Shown piece by piece: positions 28,270 to 38,077 of a stretch of 64,000 bases of DNA. Where the stretch lies: the NCBI GenBank assembly GCA_963847705.1, contig CAWKBC010000021.1, forward strand, positions 192,001 through 256,000, read 5' to 3'. Each line of letters opens with the position of its first letter. Within the stretch, counting starts at the first letter, position 1. The DNA comes from an uncultured Pseudomonadota bacterium. GTDB lineage: Bacteria; Myxococcota_A; Polyangia; Fen-1088. The notes under the pieces were generated by a model. It did not search any database. It was given only the letters and a program-made list of their open reading frames with translations, and had not been told where the DNA came from. The position numbers and the translations under genes were made by a program.

Positions 28270-29058
28270 CTACATCAGCGAGAACGGATACGAGATCACC
28301 TGGCTCATGTTCGACGCCGGGAACCGCAGGCCGCCCACCACGCCCTTGATGCAGCCGGTGAGCCCGCCCTTGTGCAGGATGACCGGCGCCTCGACCTGCA
28401 CGCCCTTCACGGCGCCCTTGGCCTGGATGCGGAACCTCACGGTGACGCGGCCCGGGACGTCGGTGTACTCGTCGGGCCGCGCGCGCGCGATGCAACCGAG
28501 CACGGCGTCCTCCTTCGTGCGGAAGCGCGCGTCGATCTCGTCCTGCGACAGCTCGTGCCCGACGGCGTCCTTCGAGAAGTCGAGGCGCTGGTTCTCGGCC
28601 CGGGACAGGTCCTCGCCCTGCCAGACGATCTTGAGATCGGCGGGGCGCAGCTTGACCGGCTCGGGCTCGGCGAGGGGCTGACGCCGCCCGCCGCCCGACG
28701 CGGGGGCCGGTGACGAGAGCGTGCCGAACACCTCCGAAGGCGCCGCCTCGGTCGTGGAGGCGCCGCCCGGCGCGAGCGGGGCCGGCGGCCGGTCTTCCGG
28801 CGGCGGCGGTGCGAGAGCCGGCGACGTGCCTTCGCCGCCAGCCGCTTCGTCCGATGGTGGCGAGGCGACGAAGGCCTCGTTGCGCGCGAGTCGCCGCGCG
28901 CCGCGCTTCCGCCGTCGTCGACGGTCCTTGCCGTCCTTGGCGGGCGCGCCGGCAGCCGCGACGACCGGCTTGGCGGGCGCCTGGAGGGACCGCCGCCAGT
29001 AGAAGACGCCGGCGAAGCCCGCGGCGGCGAAGACGACCAACAGCAAGAACCCCTTCAA
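28270..29058 (-). CDS. Membrane-anchored AgmX/PglI/TonB-C-like domain protein
   Basis: N-terminal TM, Pro-rich linker, GRVTVRFRI..G.V..CI...LRFP..YPF. Confidence 0.65.
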   Translation of the reverse strand: MKGFLLLVVFAAAGFAGVFYWRRSLQAPAKPVVAAAGAPAKDGKDRRRRRKRGARRLARNEAFVASPPSDEAAGGEGTSPALAPPPPEDRPPAPLAPGGASTTEAAPSEVFGTLSSPAPASGGGRRQPLAEPEPVKLRPADLKIVWQGEDLSRAENQRLDFSKDAVGHELSQDEIDARFRTKEDAVLGCIARARPDEYTDVPGRVTVRFRIQAKGAVKGVQVEAPVILHKGGLTGCIKGVVGGLRFPASNMSQVISYPFSLM

Positions 29059-29103
29059 TGGCCTGGACGGAGCCTACCGGAGGTCATTGAGCAAGGCGAG
29101 GGG

Positions 29104-29931
29104 TCAGCGCTGGTCTGCCGGATCCCAGCCGGTGACGAGCCCTTCTTCCAGCGCGTCGAGCTCGGCCATCGCTCGCTCGTCGAGCGTGAAGTCGAAGAGG
29201 CGCGCGTTCTCGGCGATGCGCGACGGTCTGGTCGACTTCGGCAGGACGACGTTGCCGTGCTGCACGCTCCAGCGCAGCAAGACCTGCGCGACCGTCCGAC
29301 CGACGCGGCGGGCGATCTCCGCGAGAACCGGGTGATCCAGCCGACGTCCGTGCGTGAGCGGGCTGTAGGCCTCGACGACGATGCCGCGCTGCCGGCAGAA
29401 GGCCGTGGTGTCGCGCCGCTGCAGGAACGGGGTCAGCTCGATCTGATTGACGGCGGGGCCGTGCCTGGCGACGCCGAGCAGCTCTTCCAGGTGAGGCACC
29501 AGGAAGTTGCTCACCCCGATCGATCGGGCGCGCTTCTCCTCGTAGAGGCGCTCCAGCGCCCGCCACGAATCCAGCCGTTTGCCGGCGACCGGCCAGTGCA
29601 GGAGGTAGAGGTCGACGTAGTCCAGGCCCAGGCGCTGCAGACTGGCGTCGAAGGCGCGCAGCGCGTGATCGTAGCCCTGGTCGTCGTTCCAGAGCTTGGT
29701 CGTCACGAACAGCTGCTCGCGCGCCACGCCGCTGGCGCGGATGCCGGCGCCGACGTCCTTCTCGTTGCCGTAGATGCGCGCGGTGTCGACGTGGCGATAG
29801 CCGACGCGCAGCGCCTCCGACACCGCCTGGCGCGCCGTCGCGCCGGCCGGCGTCTGCCAGACGCCGAGCCCGACCTGCGGAATCACGGCGCCCGAAGGCA
29901 GGGGGAGGGTGGCGGTGGTTGCGTCGATCAT
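29104..29931 (-). CDS. Aldo/keto reductase (2,5-DKG reductase-like)
   Basis: GYRHVDTA.IYGNE, TTKLWN, LYLLHWP, IGVSNF, LPKS. Confidence 0.93.
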   Translation of the reverse strand: MIDATTATLPLPSGAVIPQVGLGVWQTPAGATARQAVSEALRVGYRHVDTARIYGNEKDVGAGIRASGVAREQLFVTTKLWNDDQGYDHALRAFDASLQRLGLDYVDLYLLHWPVAGKRLDSWRALERLYEEKRARSIGVSNFLVPHLEELLGVARHGPAVNQIELTPFLQRRDTTAFCRQRGIVVEAYSPLTHGRRLDHPVLAEIARRVGRTVAQVLLRWSVQHGNVVLPKSTRPSRIAENARLFDFTLDERAMAELDALEEGLVTGWDPADQR

Positions 29932-30009
29932 GGCCAGGTTCTGACATCCGGCGGTTGCGAGCGCCACGTCGGTTCCCTCAGCGAGGCGACCCCGCGCCTG
30001 GCGCGACCG

Positions 30010-30731
30010 TCACCGATTCAACGCCATCATCTCGGGGTAATGGTAGACGTCCGATTTCGCCGGCGGGTTCAGCGAGGTCGCGATCATCGCCCTGGCGATC
30101 TGCTCGACGGTGATCGATCGGTATTTCGCCGGCGTCACCAGGGAGAACAGAGGAAGCACCTTCTCGAGCAGCCACGGTGTGTGTTGCGATCCGATGATCA
30201 TCGCCGGGCGGAAGATGCTCACGACAGCCGGACCACCCTCCTTGACCGCCTCTTCGGCCTCGCCTTTCACCCGCGCGTAGCGCGCCATCCCGGCGGCGCC
30301 CGCTCCGGTCGCCGCCGCGGTGGGATCGGCGCCGGCGGCGGACATGAACGCCAGGTGTTTCACGCGCCCCGAGGCCTTCAGCCCTCGCGCGAAGGCGGCG
30401 TTCAATTGCACGTCGACCGCGCGATGCGCGTCGAGCGCGAGCCTGGCGGTGCCGGCCCCGACGCCCAGCGCACTCAACCCGACGATGGGGCCTTCGAGCG
30501 AACGAACGGCCTCCCGGGTCGCAGTCTCCAGACTGGCCGGATCCATGGCGGGAACGAGCGTCTCGCGCAGCTCGACACCCGCCTCACCTGCCATCGCGAT
30601 CTGAGCGGGCTGCGAACGGCGCCCCAGCGTCACGATGGGTGTGAACGAGCCATTGCGAATCAGCTCCGTGATGAGCGCGGTGCCGACCGATCCCGATGCC
30701 CGAGAACCATCGCCGCCTGCCTGCCCGACAT
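30010..30731 (-). CDS. NAD(P)-binding Rossmann oxidoreductase (TIP30-like); 1-nt deletion near 30699-30701
   Basis: MSGRQAAMVLG/ASGSVGTALITEL is restored by adding one G; YARVKGEAEE, IFRP. Confidence 0.75.
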
Positions 30732-30762
30732 GAAATGCCTTTCGTCGACGGGGCGAGGCCCG

Positions 30763-31281
30763 TCAGCGCTGCCAACCCCGAAGCACCTTCTCCATCCGCA
30801 CCACCGGCACCGAGACTCCCGCGGAGGCCAGAGGCTCGGGGCCACCGAGCGCGCGAAAGCCGGCGCGGGCGTAGAACGGGACCGCGTTCAGGGACATCGC
30901 GCCATGGAGGCGCTTGCCGCGACGCCGTCGAACGCGACGTTCGGTCTCGCCGAGCAACAGGCTGCCGACCCCGCGCTGCTGGACATCGCCTTCCACGAAC
31001 AGGGCGCGCAGCCGGTCCGTGGCGGGATCGAATTGCGCGAAGCCGACCGGCGTCTCCTCTTGCACCGCGACGAGCGACTCGAACGGGCCCAGCGCCTCGG
31101 CGAACAGGCCCTGCGCGTAGGTCAGGAACACCGCCCTTCGCTGGGCTGGGCTGTAGTGTTCACGGCAGCCGCGCTCGACGGCCCGCTCGATCAAGCCGAG
31201 GACCGCGGCGACCTCCTCGAAGCGGATCGGTCGCAATTCGAGCGAGGGCGTTCGTATCGGCGCGGAGGTGGCTGACATCAC
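30763..31281 (-). CDS. GNAT acetyltransferase
   Basis: LFV...QRGVGSLLL, SLNAVPFYARAGF. Confidence 0.88.
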   Translation of the reverse strand: MMSATSAPIRTPSLELRPIRFEEVAAVLGLIERAVERGCREHYSPAQRRAVFLTYAQGLFAEALGPFESLVAVQEETPVGFAQFDPATDRLRALFVEGDVQQRGVGSLLLGETERRVRRRRGKRLHGAMSLNAVPFYARAGFRALGGPEPLASAGVSVPVVRMEKVLRGWQR

Positions 31282-31465
31282 TGGGCCGGCGCCGCGGGCG
31301 CGGCGCGCCGCCTGATCTTAGCTCGTGACCGGCCGGAAGGCCGACTGGCCGGCGGATCCTCCGACATGGCCGAATCCCTCACCGAGCTCCGAGTCGACAA
31401 CCGCTCTGCGGGGGCGGAATGCCCTGACGAGGAGATTCGCCCCGTTCGATCCCGTCGGCGCTGCG

Positions 31466-32224
31466 CTAGGGCTGCTTCGTCAGGACCGCCGGTCCGACCA
31501 CGGCCGTTCCGACCAGACTCACGGCGTCGAGCGACAGCCCGCTCCCCTGGACACAAAAATTGTTGGTGGTCGAGGTCGTCGAGCCCGCGCGGGTCAAGGT
31601 CACGGTGTCGGCGCCGACGACGTAGGTCCCGGTCGCCGACACGGTCTGTCCATTGAAGGTGAACGTGCAGACGCAGTTCGTGCCCGACACGGCGCAGCCG
31701 GCGCTGGCGTAGGGCGATCCGGGTTGTGACACCAGCGACGAATAGGTCGAGTTGAACACGGCGCAGGTGGTGGCGATCGGCTGCGCGGGCGTGCAGCTCT
31801 GGGGCATGGTGAAGCCGAGGGTGCCGGAGGGGGTCACGCTGGCTGCATAGGTCAGGTCGCTGTTGAACACGTAGCTGCCGCTCTCGTGAAAGGTGGCGGC
31901 GTCGACGGTCTCGTCCGCACAACCGCTCCCCGCGGGGGGCATGGAGAAACAGGTGCTCGCCAGCTGCCAGGTTCCGAGCAGGGTGCCGCCGCAAGCGGCG
32001 AAGCCGGTGCAAGCTCCCCCGGCGCCAGCACCGCCCGCGTCTGCGCCGCCGGCCGCGCCCCCGCCGCCGGCCGTCCCGGTCGCGTCCGCACCGCCCGTCC
32101 CCCCGCGACCCGCCGCCGGGTTGCCGGCCGAGCCACCGGCGCCCGAGCTGTTGGTTCCGCCCCCGCAGCCCGCCAGGACGAGAAGTGAAATCGCCAGCGC
32201 CACACGATCGATCGAAGACCCCAT
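31466..32224 (-). CDS. Cys-rich lipoprotein
   Basis: LAGC lipobox, Gly linker, ACGGTLLGTW, multiple Cys. Confidence 0.75.
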   Translation of the reverse strand: MGSSIDRVALAISLLVLAGCGGGTNSSGAGGSAGNPAAGRGGTGGADATGTAGGGGAAGGADAGGAGAGGACTGFAACGGTLLGTWQLASTCFSMPPAGSGCADETVDAATFHESGSYVFNSDLTYAASVTPSGTLGFTMPQSCTPAQPIATTCAVFNSTYSSLVSQPGSPYASAGCAVSGTNCVCTFTFNGQTVSATGTYVVGADTVTLTRAGSTTSTTNNFCVQGSGLSLDAVSLVGTAVVGPAVLTKQP

Positions 32225-32296
32225 CCCGCGACGCTAGTCGCGACGGTGCCCCCAGGCAACCACGAGCCGGATCCCCGCCGAGCGGCGGGAAATGAG

Positions 32297-33253
32297 TTAG
32301 AGGTCGATGACGACCTTGCCCTTCACGTGCCGGCCGGCCTGGAGCTCGACCGCGGTGCGGATTTGCTCGACCGGGAAGCTTGCCGCGATGGGCACCCGGA
32401 GTCGGCCGGTCGCAACCAGGCGAGCGAGCTTTTCCAGGGCGCCGGGGGCGGCGTTGGCGCCGTTGGCCGGCGTGATCCCGTCGACCTGGGCGGCGATGGT
32501 GGTGATGCGCGCGTCAGGGACGCCGAGCGCCCTTGCGGCGTGCGCTGTCTCCGTTCCATGGAGGTCGATCGCAGCGGTGATACCGCCGGGAGCGAGGGCG
32601 CGGACCCGGTCCGCCAGGCCGTCGCCGTAGGCGACCGGCTCGGCTCCGAGATCGCGCAGGAAATCGGCCGATGTCGCCGATCCCGTCCCGATCACGCGCG
32701 CCCCCGCGATCCGGGCCAGCTGGACGGCGAACACCCCGACTCCGCCCGCCGCGCCGCCGATCAGCACGGTGTCGTCCGGCCCGAGTTCGACCACGGCCAG
32801 GGCGGCGGATGCCGTGCGTCCGGCGATCGTGAGGGTGGCGGCGGTGCGGTCGTCGACGCCGTCGGGGGTGTGATGGGCCTCGTTCGCCGCGATGCCCCCG
32901 GTCGCGTCGACCACCACGAAGTCGGCGACCGCGCGGGACAGGGCGCCGCCGAACACCCGGTCGCCAGGCGCGAAGCCGGTCACCCCGTCACCGACCTGGT
33001 CGACGACTCCCGCGTAGTCGGTCCCGAACCCGGCCGGCAGGCTCAAGCCGAACCGGACGGCGGTGTCCGCATCAGCGGTCATGAACCAGTCCATCGGGTT
33101 CAGCCCGGCCGCGGTGACCCGAACACGGACCTGTCCCGGTCCGGCCTGCGGAGCGGGAACCTCGCGGACGTCCAGGACTTCGGGGCCGCCGAATGAATCG
33201 AGCCGGACCGCCCGGCTCCTGCTCGTCGGCAGTTGATCGCTCGATTCCTTCAT
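32297..33253 (-). CDS. NADP-dependent MDR/quinone oxidoreductase
   Basis: FGGPEVL, AGLNPMD, GAAGGVG, GHVKGKVV-type C-terminus. Confidence 0.9.
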   Translation of the reverse strand: MKESSDQLPTSRSRAVRLDSFGGPEVLDVREVPAPQAGPGQVRVRVTAAGLNPMDWFMTADADTAVRFGLSLPAGFGTDYAGVVDQVGDGVTGFAPGDRVFGGALSRAVADFVVVDATGGIAANEAHHTPDGVDDRTAATLTIAGRTASAALAVVELGPDDTVLIGGAAGGVGVFAVQLARIAGARVIGTGSATSADFLRDLGAEPVAYGDGLADRVRALAPGGITAAIDLHGTETAHAARALGVPDARITTIAAQVDGITPANGANAAPGALEKLARLVATGRLRVPIAASFPVEQIRTAVELQAGRHVKGKVVIDL

Positions 33254-33525
33254 GTTCACTGACTCCTTTGAACTGATGCTGGGCCAGACGCGCCATGCGC
33301 TGGCGACGGCGTGGCCGAATGCACTGGCGTCGGAGGGGCCGACCAAGCGTACGGCGGGGGAGCTGGCAGCGCCTGAGGCGTTGGCTAGAAAGATCCGGAA
33401 TCGAACCCGGCCCTGCAGCCGGCCCGACGGCGATCGCAGGCCATCAGCGTCCAGAAACGTCAGCCCTCAGTCCTCCTTTGAATCGGCTTGTTCTTCTTCA
33501 TCCCGGCGGCTGATAAAGTCGGCTC

Positions 33526-34515
33526 ATGCGTGGGATCGTGGCGGGGGCGGCGGCCAGCATCATGCTCGTCTCTTGTGGCAGTGGAGGAGGCACCTCGTCC
33601 ACCGGCGGTACCGGCGGTGGAGCACAGGTAGGCTCGGGCGGCTCGACCGCAGGGAGCGGCGGGGGGGCGGCCGGTGGAATTGACGGCTCGACTGGCGGCG
33701 GGGACGGCGTCGTCACGGTGCGGGTGGTGAACCTCAATCTGGCGAGCGGTCCGACGGCTGGACCGTCCCTCGATATCTACGACGACATGTACGACGGCAG
33801 ACTCCAACCGTCGGTGTCGGGCACCCCGATCATCGCCGACCTGGCGTACGGAACTGTGTCGGGCTACGTGAACCCGCGCTTCGTCGACTCGGGAGGGACG
33901 TCAGTTCGGCTGGTCGCCCTGCCGGCGGGCAGCCCGCCCACCGACACGACGGACGCGGAACCGTTCTGGAGTGGAATCGACAATGGTTCGCATCCCCAGC
34001 TCACGATCTTACTAGACAGTGACTCCCCTTCGAGCAGCGCCCCTGGTTCCTTCCTTGCCTACACGCCGTACGTCGAAAAGGGGCAGGACTCCTTGTCGGG
34101 AGCGATGGGCCCGCTCGCTCCTCCGCCGCCAGCAGGTGAGGGCGAGTACCTGGTCAATACCTTTGCTGTCGACGACACGATCAATGCCGATCCTCCCGGC
34201 GGCTACTTCTTCCTTGTCGACGACTCCTGTACGCCGCCACTGAACGGCAGCCAGCTCATGCCTGGCCTCCCCTTCGTGGATACGGCAGGGTCCTTGCCCC
34301 CCGATGCTTACGCGCAGTTCGCGGCGGCTCCTGGCACGCATTCGATCTCCATCGTCGCGTGGAGCAATACGGCGACACCAACATGCAGTGATCTGCTCGC
34401 ATCCCGGCAAGCGACCGCCAGCGTGAGCCTGGCCGCCGGGCAGCAGATACTTTCTCTCCTCTACGGAACGTCGTTCACCGATCTACATCTGCTGGTCGCG
34501 CCGATCGCTCCTTGA
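33526..34515 (+). CDS. Lipoprotein with Gly linker and beta-rich (DUF4397-like) domain
   Basis: LVSC lipobox; VRVVNL...LDIY...LAYGTVSGY. Confidence 0.65.
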   Translation: MRGIVAGAAASIMLVSCGSGGGTSSTGGTGGGAQVGSGGSTAGSGGGAAGGIDGSTGGGDGVVTVRVVNLNLASGPTAGPSLDIYDDMYDGRLQPSVSGTPIIADLAYGTVSGYVNPRFVDSGGTSVRLVALPAGSPPTDTTDAEPFWSGIDNGSHPQLTILLDSDSPSSSAPGSFLAYTPYVEKGQDSLSGAMGPLAPPPPAGEGEYLVNTFAVDDTINADPPGGYFFLVDDSCTPPLNGSQLMPGLPFVDTAGSLPPDAYAQFAAAPGTHSISIVAWSNTATPTCSDLLASRQATASVSLAAGQQILSLLYGTSFTDLHLLVAPIAP

Positions 34516-34605
34516 GCCTGGGAGCGCGATCCTGGTAGGAGGAAAAAGCGGCGACCTGCGGGCTCTCACGCGAGACGGTGAGCGCGCTGGAGAGTGCCCA
34601 GCACG

Positions 34606-34790
34606 TCAGCTCTCGTTGCGTCGTCGGGTCGCGGGCCCGGTGCCGTTGGTGCACATCCCCGCCAGGCAGGTGTGACCACAAATGCCGCAGTTACTTCCGT
34701 CGTTCGAAAGGTTTGTGCAGCCGCCGGGGCAAGTGGTCTGGTTGGCGGCGCAGCGAATTGGCGCAAGGGCGTCGCCCGCCAGGCCACACT
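34606..34790 (-). pseudogene. Isolated myxobacterial Cys-rich repeat fragment
   Basis: CPGGCTNLSNDGSNCGICGHTCLAGMC with no signal peptide. Confidence 0.5.
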
Positions 34791-34866
34791 GCCACTGGTC
34801 ATCTTCCATCGATGACCCGTCGCGAAGGACTGGACGCAGGCCCTCCCGTTCTGGCAGGAAGATCCC

Positions 34867-37509
34867 GTGTCTGACGCTCCAGAGCCCCAGGGCGAGACCG
34901 AAGCACGCGCGGCGCTGCTGCAGATCGCAGGGCGGCGTACGCTACCCATTCCCACGGAGTTGATCGTCGACCACGTGCTCCGTCTACCGGGAGACCAGGA
35001 CTGGCCGGTCCGTCGCGCGGCGCTCGAGGCCGTGCTTCGCCGGCTCGCCTCGGCCCGGGCGCAAGAGATCGTCGTCGTGGCCGGGCCGAAGGACGGATCG
35101 GGGGGACGACACCGCCTCGCGCGAGCGGGCGGGGACAGGGCGCTTCCCTATGACGTACGACTGTGGTCGCTGTCGCCTCCAGGCGGCGCATGCGATTGCG
35201 CGGACTTTTCGCGCGGGGCGCTCGGCATCTGCAAGCACATCGGGGCGGTGATTGCTCACCTTGCCTCCAAGCCCCGATCATTTCGGCGACTGCTCACCGC
35301 TCCGGCCGGCGTGCGGCCTGGGGTTTTCTGGGATCCGGCGGTCGACGCCGCCGTGGCGGGCGATCTGCTCGCGGCCTTTCGCTTCGCGCCTGCGCCGCGA
35401 AGAGCCGACTGGCGCCGGCGCGCGGTCTCAGCGGGGCCGGGCTTCGTTCGCGCGGGCGACGCCGGGGCGTGGCGCCTGCGTACCACCCATGCGTCCGAGC
35501 CCGTCAAACGGATGGGGCTGGTCGAAGCTCTCACCTCGCGCGTTCGGCGGGCTGGCGGGGCCGCAGACCCTGCCGCGCGCGCGGTGCTGGCCGAGGAGCA
35601 CGATCGGCTCTCCCGGATCCTTCGCCTGGGCCGGGCGCAGAAGTCCCTGACCAAGGCGATGTCCGCCAGTGCGCGGCGGCGCCCCCTCTATGCGTACCAG
35701 AAGCAGGGGATAAGCCGATTCTTGCTCCAGGGCCGCTTGGTGCTGGCGGACGACATGGGGCTCGGCAAGACCACGCAGGCCGTCGTCGCAGCGACGGCTC
35801 TCTACGACGCCGGGCTCGTGCGACGGGGGCTCATCGTCGTCCCGGCGGCGCTCAAGTCGCAGTGGGAGCGCGAGTGGCAGGCGATCTCCGCAGCGCCCGT
35901 TCGCGTCGTAGACGGCGGGAGCGGCGTCCGGCGAGAGCTGTACCGGTCCATGCGCCGGGGGTTCCTGGTGACGAACTACGAGCAGGTCATCAAGGACCTG
36001 GACGTGATCGCCACATGGTCGCCGGAGCTGGCCGTGCTCGACGAGGCGCAGCGGATCAAAAACTGGGCGACGAAGACCGCGCTCGCGATCAAGCGGCTCA
36101 AGCCGGAGTACCGGCTGGTGCTCACGGGCACGCCGCTCGAGAACCGGCTCGACGAGCTCGCCTCGATCGTCGAATGGGTTGACGATCGAGCGCTCGAGCC
36201 GAAGTGGCGTCTCGGCCCGGCACACAGCACCTATGCGGACGGCGAGCGCCAGGTGATCGGCGCTCGCAACCTGGGCGAGCTGCGCGCGCGGCTGGCGCCG
36301 GTGCTCCTCCGCCGTACGCGGGCGGAGGTGCTCGGTCAGCTCCCGCCCCGCCAGGACACGACGATCCCTGTCGACCTCACCGAGCGCCAGCGCGAAGCGC
36401 ACGACGCGCTCAACCAACCCATCGCGAAGTTGGCCGCCATCGCGCGCCGCCGACCGCTGGCGCCGGCGGAGTTCCTCCGGTTGATGTCGCTGCTGGCGAC
36501 GCAACGGATGATCGCGAACGGGGTGGCGCTGGAAGCGTTCACGGCCACCTGGCCCGAGGTTCGAGACCGCCGGCCGACGGCAGCGGTGCTCGAGTCGCTC
36601 GACGCGCCGAAGCTCGCCGAGTTGCGCGAGCTCGTGGCCAGTCTCGTCGTCACGCAGGGCCGGAAGGTCGTCGTGTTCAGCCAGTGGAGGCGCATGCTGG
36701 AGCTCGCGGCGTGGGCGGTGTCGGACCTGCTCGCCGCCGCCGGTAAACGCGCGCTGTTCTTCACCGGCCAAGAGGGTGCGCACCGCCGGACACAGAATCT
36801 GGTCGATTTCCACGACGATCCGTCCGCATCAGTGCTGTTCCTGACCGACGCCGGCGGCGTCGGGCTCAACCTTCAGAAAGCCGCCAGCGCCTGCGTCAAC
36901 CTGGAGCTCCCCTGGAACCCGGCGGTCCTCGAGCAGCGGATCGGCCGCATCCATCGTCTCGGGCAAGACCGGCCCATCGACGTCTACAACCTGATCAGCC
37001 GGTCATCCATCGAGGAGCGGATCGCCGGCCTGGTGTCCGACAAGCGGGCCCTCTTCAAGGGGTTGTTCGAAGGCGTCACCGACGAGCTGCGCTTCGACGG
37101 CGGGAGCCAGATGACGAGCTTGCTCGAGACCCTGACCGCGCCCGAAGAGGCCTCAGCTTCGGCGGATGACGCGAGCGACGACGGTGCTGACCCGCCGACC
37201 GCTGTCGTCCAAGATCTCGGCGGGGGCGACGCCGAGGCAGTGGAGCCTGGGGCGCTCGCGGGGCAAGGGGCCGCCGCCGCGTCGACCACCAGCCCAGCGC
37301 CGGCCGGGCAGGACGATGTCGCCGCGCTGTTCGGGGCGGTCGCCGTCCAGCGACGGGCCGACGGCGGCCTCGTGATTGAGGCGCCGCCCGAGGCGGCCCG
37401 CGCGCTGCAGTCTCTGTTCGAAGGGATGGCGCGGTTGATGGCCATGGCGGCCGATGGAGGCGGTGCGGGCGTCCGAGACACCGCGCCCCTTACGGGCGAA
37501 GTGGAGTAG
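34867..37509 (+). CDS. SWIM zinc finger-SNF2 family helicase
   Basis: CDCADF...CKHI, DDMGLGKT, DEAQRIKN, LTGTPLEN, GLNLQ, WNPAVLEQRIGR. Confidence 0.92.
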   Translation: MSDAPEPQGETEARAALLQIAGRRTLPIPTELIVDHVLRLPGDQDWPVRRAALEAVLRRLASARAQEIVVVAGPKDGSGGRHRLARAGGDRALPYDVRLWSLSPPGGACDCADFSRGALGICKHIGAVIAHLASKPRSFRRLLTAPAGVRPGVFWDPAVDAAVAGDLLAAFRFAPAPRRADWRRRAVSAGPGFVRAGDAGAWRLRTTHASEPVKRMGLVEALTSRVRRAGGAADPAARAVLAEEHDRLSRILRLGRAQKSLTKAMSASARRRPLYAYQKQGISRFLLQGRLVLADDMGLGKTTQAVVAATALYDAGLVRRGLIVVPAALKSQWEREWQAISAAPVRVVDGGSGVRRELYRSMRRGFLVTNYEQVIKDLDVIATWSPELAVLDEAQRIKNWATKTALAIKRLKPEYRLVLTGTPLENRLDELASIVEWVDDRALEPKWRLGPAHSTYADGERQVIGARNLGELRARLAPVLLRRTRAEVLGQLPPRQDTTIPVDLTERQREAHDALNQPIAKLAAIARRRPLAPAEFLRLMSLLATQRMIANGVALEAFTATWPEVRDRRPTAAVLESLDAPKLAELRELVASLVVTQGRKVVVFSQWRRMLELAAWAVSDLLAAAGKRALFFTGQEGAHRRTQNLVDFHDDPSASVLFLTDAGGVGLNLQKAASACVNLELPWNPAVLEQRIGRIHRLGQDRPIDVYNLISRSSIEERIAGLVSDKRALFKGLFEGVTDELRFDGGSQMTSLLETLTAPEEASASADDASDDGADPPTAVVQDLGGGDAEAVEPGALAGQGAAAASTTSPAPAGQDDVAALFGAVAVQRRADGGLVIEAPPEAARALQSLFEGMARLMAMAADGGGAGVRDTAPLTGEVE

Positions 37510-37597
37510 GGATTTCGGGCCGCAAGTGTCGTGGTCGCCGGACGGACCTCGAAGCGTTCGTCGCCTCGTCCCGGGCCCAACCCACGACCGCGATCGG

Positions 37598-38077
37598 CTA
37601 GCGGACGCAGCGCACGTAAGCGCTGACGTTCGTCGGGTTGAACATCGTCACCGGGCTGGAGAAGTACACGGTCCAGCCCATCGCCAGCGACCCGGCGGGG
37701 TTCCCGGCCTGAAGGGTGGAGCTCCAGTAGGCCGACTGGTTGGCGGTCGGGGTCCCCGGGAACGCCGTCTGATCGATGTAGGGGGGCGCGGACGCGGAGA
37801 AGTCCATGAGCGTGTGAAGCTCCTTGACCGTCGGCAGCCGCCACCCGGAGCCCGGGAGGCCGACCGACGGACACTCGGCGATCGCGACGCTCTGGGTCTG
37901 GACCGGCAGGGTGGCCTGCTGCCAGGTGAGCTTCGTCTTGGTGTCATAGACGGTTCCGTCGCCGGGGATCACGTAGCGCCCCGGCGGGGCCGACGAGGCA
38001 CCCTTTCGGGGCATGGCGAGCACGACGGCAATCGCCGCCACGCCGGCCAGCAACAGCGCCGCGCGGCCGCGCCTCAT
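37598..38077 (-). CDS. Secreted DUF1566 (Lcl C-terminal) protein
   Basis: Signal peptide; GTVYDTKTKLTWQ, WRLPTVKEL, YWSST, YVRCVR; ATGA overlap with the upstream gene. Confidence 0.85.
   Translation of the reverse strand: MRRGRAALLLAGVAAIAVVLAMPRKGASSAPPGRYVIPGDGTVYDTKTKLTWQQATLPVQTQSVAIAECPSVGLPGSGWRLPTVKELHTLMDFSASAPPYIDQTAFPGTPTANQSAYWSSTLQAGNPAGSLAMGWTVYFSSPVTMFNPTNVSAYVRCVR

Noticed and set aside
34842-34857. WYL box upstream of the SNF2 helicase (CCGTTCTGGCAG)
   Set aside because: It lacks the left TGAC half-site and the spaced TAnnnT element.
3007-37509. ligD, recA, topB and SNF2 as one DNA-repair island
   Set aside because: They are spread over 35 kb among unrelated genes, and I found the shared box only at WYL and recA.
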